Assembly (NCBI GenBank): GCA_963815115.1
Contig: CAWFFN010000007.1
Span: forward strand, 352,001 to 416,000
Origin: an uncultured delta proteobacterium
GTDB taxonomy: Bacteria > Desulfobacterota > Binatia > DP-6
DNA length: 64,000 bases
Direction: 5' to 3'
The position numbers and the translations under genes were made by a program. Each line of letters opens with the position of its first letter. The stretch's first letter is position 1. Below the pieces are notes generated by a model, which saw only the letters and a program-made list of their open reading frames with translations, made no database searches and was not told where the DNA came from. This document shows positions 58,841-64,000 of this stretch, one piece after another.

Positions 58841-58973
58841 GCCGGTACGCCGGGCGTCTCGCTGCTCCCGCCCCGCATGGGCGCGCTCCTACCATGCGCC
58901 TCCGTCCAAGGCGAGGGTGTCCGCGATCCGGTCAGGTTGGACCGTCGGGGACGCGTCGGCTAGAGGAGGGCGC

Positions 58974-60002
58974 ATGAAGCTCGGGGAGCTCGCGCGCGCG
59001 CTCGGGGCGACGCTCGAGGGCGGCGAGGAGGACGTCGAGATCACCGGGGTGGCGGGGCTCGAGGAGGCGACGCCCGGCCTGATCACGTTTCTCGCCGACC
59101 GCCGCCACGAAGCGCTCGTCCGGACCACCACTGCCTCGGCGATTCTCCTCGCCCCGGATGCCCCGCGCCCGTCGATCCCGGTGCTGCGGGTGGCGAACCC
59201 CTACGCCGCCTTCGCGCATGCGCTCGAGCTGTTCCATCCGCCGCGCCGGCCCGCTGCGGGGATCCATCCGAGCGCCGTCATCGCCGCCACCGCCGTCCTC
59301 GGACCGGGCGCGTCCGTCGGCGCGCACGCCGTCGTCGGGGACGGCGTGCGCATCGGTCGCGCGGCGGTCCTCCATCCCAACGTCACGATCTACCCGGATG
59401 CGAGGATCGGCGACGACTTCGTCGCTCACGCCGGGGTCGTCGTGCGCGAGGAGGTCGTGATCGGCGATCGGGTCACGCTCCACGCGGGAGCGGTGATCGG
59501 CAGCGACGGGTTCGGCTTCGTGCCGCAGCCGGGGGCGCATCGCAAGATTCCGCAGGTGGGAACGGTCGTCCTCGAGGACGACGTCGAGGTCGGCGCCAAT
59601 GCGACGATCGACCGCGCCACGCTCGGCGCGACGCATATCGGGCACGGGACCAAGATCGACAACCTGGTGATGATCGGCCACGGCAGCCAGGTCGGGCCGA
59701 ACTGCCTGCTGGCCGGTCAGGTCGGTCTCGCCGGGAGCACGCGCCTCGGGGCGCACGTCATGATGGGCGGGCAGGCGGGCGCCAGCGGCCATCTGCGCAT
59801 CGGGGACGGCGTGCAGATCGCGGCGCAGACGGGCATCCATCGCGACATCCCCGCGGGCGCGGTCTATGGCGGATATCCGGCCATGGAGGTGCGCCGCTGG
59901 CGCCGCGTGACCATGAGCATCCCGAGACTCCCCGAGCTGTTCCGGCGGCTCCGACGGGTCGAGAAGGCCGTCGGGCTCGCGCCCGACGACGACGAGACCT
60001 GA
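58974..60002 (+). CDS. lpxD: UDP-3-O-acyl-glucosamine N-acyltransferase
   Basis: NPYAAFA; hexapeptide repeats; GSDGFGF; KIPQVG; IDRA; [10 protein letters not shown]. Confidence 0.95.
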   Translation: MKLGELARALGATLEGGEEDVEITGVAGLEEATPGLITFLADRRHEALVRTTTASAILLAPDAPRPSIPVLRVANPYAAFAHALELFHPPRRPAAGIHPSAVIAATAVLGPGASVGAHAVVGDGVRIGRAAVLHPNVTIYPDARIGDDFVAHAGVVVREEVVIGDRVTLHAGAVIGSDGFGFVPQPGAHRKIPQVGTVVLEDDVEVGANATIDRATLGATHIGHGTKIDNLVMIGHGSQVGPNCLLAGQVGLAGSTRLGAHVMMGGQAGASGHLRIGDGVQIAAQTGIHRDIPAGAVYGGYPAMEVRRWRRVTMSIPRLPELFRRLRRVEKAVGLAPDDDET

Positions 60003-60010
60003 TGACCCCT

Positions 60011-60039
60011 TTCACGCGGCCCGGGCGAGCCGCTATACT
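60011..60039 (+). promoter_or_regulatory. Putative sigma70 promoter of the yceD-rpmF-fab operon
   Basis: TTCACG-N17-TATACT. Confidence 0.55.
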
Positions 60040-60069
60040 CCGGGCCTTCGCCGCGCGCAGCTGACCGCG

Positions 60070-60600
60070 ATGAAGATCGCGCTGGACCAGATACGGGAGA
60101 CGCCCAGGGCGCTCTCCTACGCCGAGAACGTCGACGTGCTGAACCACGAGCTCGCTCGCGGGGCGGGAGACTTCCGTCTCGCCGACGACCTGCTGGTCGA
60201 CGTCTCCTATCACCGCGCTGGCCTCGACGTCTTCCTGGAGGGGGCGGTCCGGGGTGCGGTGAAGGGATGCTGCGCGCGGTGTCTCGAGGAGTATCGCTTC
60301 GCGCTCGAAGCCCCGCTCGCGATCGTCCTCACGCCGAAGGCGGCGGCGACACCCCGCTCGGGGGTGCTGCGCGAGGAGGACATCGGGCTCTCCACCTACG
60401 AAGGCGACCAGATCGATCTCACACCGCTCGTCCACGAGCGGGCCATTCTCGCGCTGCCGACGCGGCCGCTGTGCGCGGAGGAATGCCGCGGGCTGTGCTC
60501 GCGGTGTGGCGCGAACTTGAACGCCGGCCCCTGTGGCTGTCCCGCCAGCATGACGGAGCCACGCCTCGCGGCGCTCCAGACGCTGTTGCGCGGGCGCTGA
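60070..60600 (+). CDS. yceD: DUF177/YceD family protein
   Basis: CARCL; [18 protein letters not shown]; upstream of rpmF. Confidence 0.9.
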   Translation: MKIALDQIRETPRALSYAENVDVLNHELARGAGDFRLADDLLVDVSYHRAGLDVFLEGAVRGAVKGCCARCLEEYRFALEAPLAIVLTPKAAATPRSGVLREEDIGLSTYEGDQIDLTPLVHERAILALPTRPLCAEECRGLCSRCGANLNAGPCGCPASMTEPRLAALQTLLRGR

Positions 60601-60631
60601 GCGGATACCCGGCAGCAGAGGAGGAACAGGC

Positions 60632-60814
60632 ATGGCAGTACCGAAGCGCCGCACGTCCGCATCCAAGCGAGACAAGCGGCGGTCTCACGACGCGCTCCGC
60701 GCGCCCCACGTGATCGCTTGTCCCCAGTGCGGTGAGCGGACGCTGCTGCACCGCGCTTGCCCGCACTGCGGCACCTACCGCGGACGCCAGGTGGTCGCGG
60801 TCGAGGAAGGCTGA
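60632..60814 (+). CDS. rpmF: 50S ribosomal protein L32 (zinc-binding form)
   Basis: MAVPKRRTS...CPQCG...[13 protein letters not shown]. Confidence 0.97.
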   Translation: MAVPKRRTSASKRDKRRSHDALRAPHVIACPQCGERTLLHRACPHCGTYRGRQVVAVEEG

Positions 60815-60816
60815 CG

Positions 60817-61752
60817 CTGGGCGCGTCCCTCGCCTGCCTGTTCCCGGGGCAAGGCTCCCAGCGCGTCGGCATGGGCCGCGACCTGGTCGCCCACTCCGCG
60901 GCCGCCAGGCTCGTGTTCGAGGAAGCCGACGAACGGCTGGGCTTCCGGCTCTCGTCGCTGTGCTCCGAGGGCCCGGCGGACGTGCTCGCGCGCACGGAGC
61001 ATGCCCAGCCGGCGATTCTCACGACCAGCGTGGCCGCGTTTCGCGTGCTCGCGGAGCGTGTGGGCCTCGAGCCCGCCGTCATGGCGGGCCACAGCCTGGG
61101 CGAATGGTCGGCGCTGGTGGTGTCGGGGGCGCTCGCGTTCGGCGACGCCGTACGCGGCGTGCGGGAGCGCGGCCGTCTCATGCAGGACGCGGTGCCGCTG
61201 GGTGTGGGTGCGATGGCAGCCGTGATCGGACTCGACACGGCGACCCTGGGAGCCCTGTGCGAGGAGGCCGCCGCCGGCGAGGTGCTGACCCCCGCCAACC
61301 TGAATGGCGCCGGGCAGATCGTCGTGGCGGGCCACGCCGGTGCCGTCGACCGGCTCGCGGCCCTGGCCACCGCGCGCCATGCCCGGGTGCAGCGCCTGGA
61401 GGTGAGCGCGCCGTTCCACTGTCCGCTGATGCGGCCCGTCGCGGAGGGGCTGACGCGCTTCCTCGCGGACGTGCCGATCGGTGAGCCGCGGATCCCGGTC
61501 GTCAGCAGCGTCGAGCCGCGGCCGATCGCGAACGCCACCGAGATCGCGGCCCTCCTGATCGCACAGGTCACCGCGCCGGTGCGCTGGGAGGAGACCATGC
61601 AGGCGCTGCGCGCCTTCGCGTTCGGCCTGGCGGTCGAGCTCGGCCCCGGCCGCGTGCTGACGGGCCTGGCGAGACGCCTCTGGCCGGACGTTCGCTGCGA
61701 GCCGGTGGGCGACCATGCGGCGATCGAACGTGTCCGGGAGCTGCTGCAGTGA
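60817..61752 (+). CDS. fabD: Malonyl-CoA:ACP transacylase (apparent CTG start)
   Basis: FPGQGSQ; GHSLGE; SAPFH; PVRW; GPG; the only plausible start after the rpmF stop is CTG 60817. Confidence 0.92.
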   Translation: MGASLACLFPGQGSQRVGMGRDLVAHSAAARLVFEEADERLGFRLSSLCSEGPADVLARTEHAQPAILTTSVAAFRVLAERVGLEPAVMAGHSLGEWSALVVSGALAFGDAVRGVRERGRLMQDAVPLGVGAMAAVIGLDTATLGALCEEAAAGEVLTPANLNGAGQIVVAGHAGAVDRLAALATARHARVQRLEVSAPFHCPLMRPVAEGLTRFLADVPIGEPRIPVVSSVEPRPIANATEIAALLIAQVTAPVRWEETMQALRAFAFGLAVELGPGRVLTGLARRLWPDVRCEPVGDHAAIERVRELLQ

Positions 61753-62501
61753 CCCTCACGCCGCTGTCCGGCCAGACGGCAGTCGTGACGGGCGGGTCCC
61801 GCGGCATCGGCCGGGCCATCGCCGGCCGGCTGGCGGGTCTCGGCGCCAGCGTGGTGGTCAACTATCTCGCGAACGAGGCCGCGGCGGCGGAGACCGTGCG
61901 TGGCATCGTGGAGAGCGGCGGCAGCGCCCGCGCGCTGCGCTTCGACGTGGGTGACGCCGCGGCGGTGCGCGAGGCGTTCGACGACGTCGTTGACCATGAG
62001 GGAAGAGTTGATATTTTGGTCAACAACGCTGGCCTGGCGATCGACGGGCTCCTGCTGCGACTGAAGGACGACGACTGGAACCGGGTTCTGCAGACCAACC
62101 TGACGGGTGTGTTCCACTGTGCCAGGGCAGCGGTGCGCTCGATGATCCGCGCCCGCTACGGGCGGATCGTCAACCTCACATCGGTGGTGGCGGCGATGGG
62201 CAACCCGGGCCAGGTCGCCTACGCGGCGGCCAAGGCCGGGGTCGTCGGTCTCACCAGGTCGCTGGCGCGTGAGGTTGCGTCCCGGGGTATCACCGTGAAT
62301 GCGCTGGCGCCGGGCCTGGTCGATACGGAGATGGCCGGCGGTGTCTCGGGGGCGCAGCGTGATGCCTACACGGCCCTCGTGCCGCTCGGGCGGATCGCCA
62401 CCGCCGCCGACATCGCCGAGGCCGCCGCGTTCCTGTGCTCCCCGGCGGCAGCATACGTCACGGGCCAGGTGTTGCACGTAAACGGTGGTCTCTACATGTG
62501 A
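61749..62501 (+). CDS. fabG: 3-oxoacyl-ACP reductase
   Basis: TGGSRGIG; NNAG; YAAAK; NGGLYM. Confidence 0.95.
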   Translation: MTLTPLSGQTAVVTGGSRGIGRAIAGRLAGLGASVVVNYLANEAAAAETVRGIVESGGSARALRFDVGDAAAVREAFDDVVDHEGRVDILVNNAGLAIDGLLLRLKDDDWNRVLQTNLTGVFHCARAAVRSMIRARYGRIVNLTSVVAAMGNPGQVAYAAAKAGVVGLTRSLAREVASRGITVNALAPGLVDTEMAGGVSGAQRDAYTALVPLGRIATAADIAEAAAFLCSPAAAYVTGQVLHVNGGLYM

Positions 62502-62539
62502 GGGGCGCTCGCGAGGGCGCGATCGCAAGGAGGATGGAC

Positions 62540-62776
62540 ATGGCAGCGAGCGTGGAGCAGCGGGTGAAAGAGATCATCTGCGAGCAGCTCGGCGTGAGCG
62601 AGGATCAGGTGACGCCCCAGGCGTCCTTCATCGAGGACCTCGGGGCGGATTCGCTCGACATCGTCGAGCTCGTGATGGCACTCGAGGAAGAGTACGACAT
62701 GGAGATCTCCGACGAGGAAGCGGAGAAGATCCGCACCGTGCAGGACGTCGTGAACTACATCGAGAGCCATCGTTGA
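62540..62776 (+). CDS. acpP: Acyl carrier protein
   Basis: [18 protein letters not shown]. Confidence 0.97.
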   Translation: MAASVEQRVKEIICEQLGVSEDQVTPQASFIEDLGADSLDIVELVMALEEEYDMEISDEEAEKIRTVQDVVNYIESHR

Positions 62777-62789
62777 GGGCGGCGCGGCC

Positions 62790-64000
62790 ATGAGCTCGCC
62801 TCTCGCTCAGGCAGATCCGGCCGTCTTCGACGTCATTCGCCGCGAGACGGAGCGGCAAGAGTACAACCTCGAGCTGATCGCCTCCGAGAACTACGTCAGC
62901 GAGGCGGTGCTCGAGGCCCAGGGCTCGCCGCTCACCAACAAGTACGCCGAGGGCTATCCGGGGAAGCGCTACTACGGAGGCTGCGAGTTCGTCGACCAGG
63001 TGGAACGGCTGGCCATCGAGCGCGCCAAGGCGCTCTTCGGGGCGGATGCGGTGAACGTGCAGCCGCACTCGGGCTCGCAGGCCAACATGTCCGTGTACTT
63101 CTCGATCCTGGCGCCGGGCGACACCATCCTCGCCATGAACCTGGCGCACGGCGGCCATCTCACGCACGGGAGCCCGGTGAACTTCTCGGGGAAGTTCTTC
63201 CGCATCGTGCCGTACGGGGTGCGCGAGGGCGACGGGCGCATCGACCTCGATCAGGTCCGCCACGTCGCGCGCACGGAGCGGCCGAAGCTGATCGTCGTGG
63301 GCTACTCGGCTTACTCCCGCGAGATCGACTTCGCTCCGTTTCGCGCCATCGCCGACGAGGTCGGGGCGGTCCTGATGGCCGACATCGCCCACTTCGCCGG
63401 GCTGGTCGCGGCCGGCATCCATCCCTCCCCGATCCCCCACTGCGACGTCGTGACCACCACCACGCACAAGACGCTGCGCGGACCCCGCGGCGGCATGATC
63501 ATGTGCCGGGAGGCGCTCGCCAAGTCGCTCAACGCGTCGGTCTTCCCCGGCAACCAGGGCGGACCCCTCATGCACGTCATCGCCGCCAAGGCGGTGGCCC
63601 TGGGCGAGGCGCAGCAGGCCGCCTTCCGCGACTACCAGCGTCGGACCGTCAGCAATGCGAAGGCGCTGGCCGACGGCCTCATGCGGCGCGGCTTCCGCCT
63701 CTGCTCGGGCGGCACCGAGAACCATCTGATGCTCGTCGACCTGCGTGACACCGAGATCACCGGCAAGGCCGCCGAGGAGACGCTCGACGCCGCGCGCATC
63801 ACGGTGAACAAGAATGCCGTGCCGTTCGACCCGCGGCCGCCGTTCGTCACCAGCGGGATCCGCATCGGGACTCCCGCCGTGACCACGCGCGGGATGCGCG
63901 AGCCGGAGATGGAGACCATCGCCGACCTGATCCAGCGGGCCCTCCAGCTCGTCGGTGACCGGCGCGCGCTGGGCGCGCTGGGGGACGAGGTGCGGGCGCT
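62790..64000 (+). CDS. glyA: Serine hydroxymethyltransferase (truncated by the window end)
   Basis: Manual translation: LELIASEN; [16 protein letters not shown]; [11 protein letters not shown]; [13 protein letters not shown]; SGIRIGTPA. Confidence 0.96.
   Translation, partial: MSSPLAQADPAVFDVIRRETERQEYNLELIASENYVSEAVLEAQGSPLTNKYAEGYPGKRYYGGCEFVDQVERLAIERAKALFGADAVNVQPHSGSQANMSVYFSILAPGDTILAMNLAHGGHLTHGSPVNFSGKFFRIVPYGVREGDGRIDLDQVRHVARTERPKLIVVGYSAYSREIDFAPFRAIADEVGAVLMADIAHFAGLVAAGIHPSPIPHCDVVTTTTHKTLRGPRGGMIMCREALAKSLNASVFPGNQGGPLMHVIAAKAVALGEAQQAAFRDYQRRTVSNAKALADGLMRRGFRLCSGGTENHLMLVDLRDTEITGKAAEETLDAARITVNKNAVPFDPRPPFVTSGIRIGTPAVTTRGMREPEMETIADLIQRALQLVGDRRALGALGDEVRA

Noticed and set aside
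1-64000. tRNA, rRNA, transposase, integrase, prophage, exosortase or PEP-CTERM tails
   Set aside because: No supporting motifs seen by eye; a covariance-model or HMM scan was not possible

Overview
High-GC bacterial window; the gene style suggests a deltaproteobacterial/Binatota-like genome (inference). From left to right: a partial thiolase; three secreted Cys-rich repeat proteins (two divergent, each behind a sigma54-type promoter); HU; a sigma54-driven small protein / degenerate histidine kinase / NtrC-type regulator unit; a ~37 kb Wzy-type exopolysaccharide locus (Wza, Wzz/Wzc, degenerate BY-kinase, ligase/polymerase, glycosyltransferases, two deacetylases, AsnB-type amidotransferase, radical SAM, four alkaline-phosphatase-superfamily enzymes, CobW GTPase, nucleotide-sugar enzymes, an embedded PdxA2/DUF1537 module); an A-type cytochrome c oxidase operon; a polyferredoxin; hisG; lpxD; and a contracted yceD-rpmF-fabD-fabG-acpP-glyA cluster. 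Two observations stand out. (1) A 43-aa ORF at 34662-34793, missing from the supplied ORF track, consists of a Pro-rich linker plus the same Y-x14-LGY tail found at the C-termini of neighbouring AlkP/sulfatase-fold enzymes. (2) Four TGGCAT-N5-YTGC sigma54 promoters with IHF-like and palindromic enhancer-like sites link the Cys-rich proteins, the regulator and the EPS operon, with no exosortase or PEP-CTERM tail in the window. Four single-base frameshifts, one in cox1, probably reflect assembly error. No tRNA, rRNA, CRISPR array or mobile element was seen.
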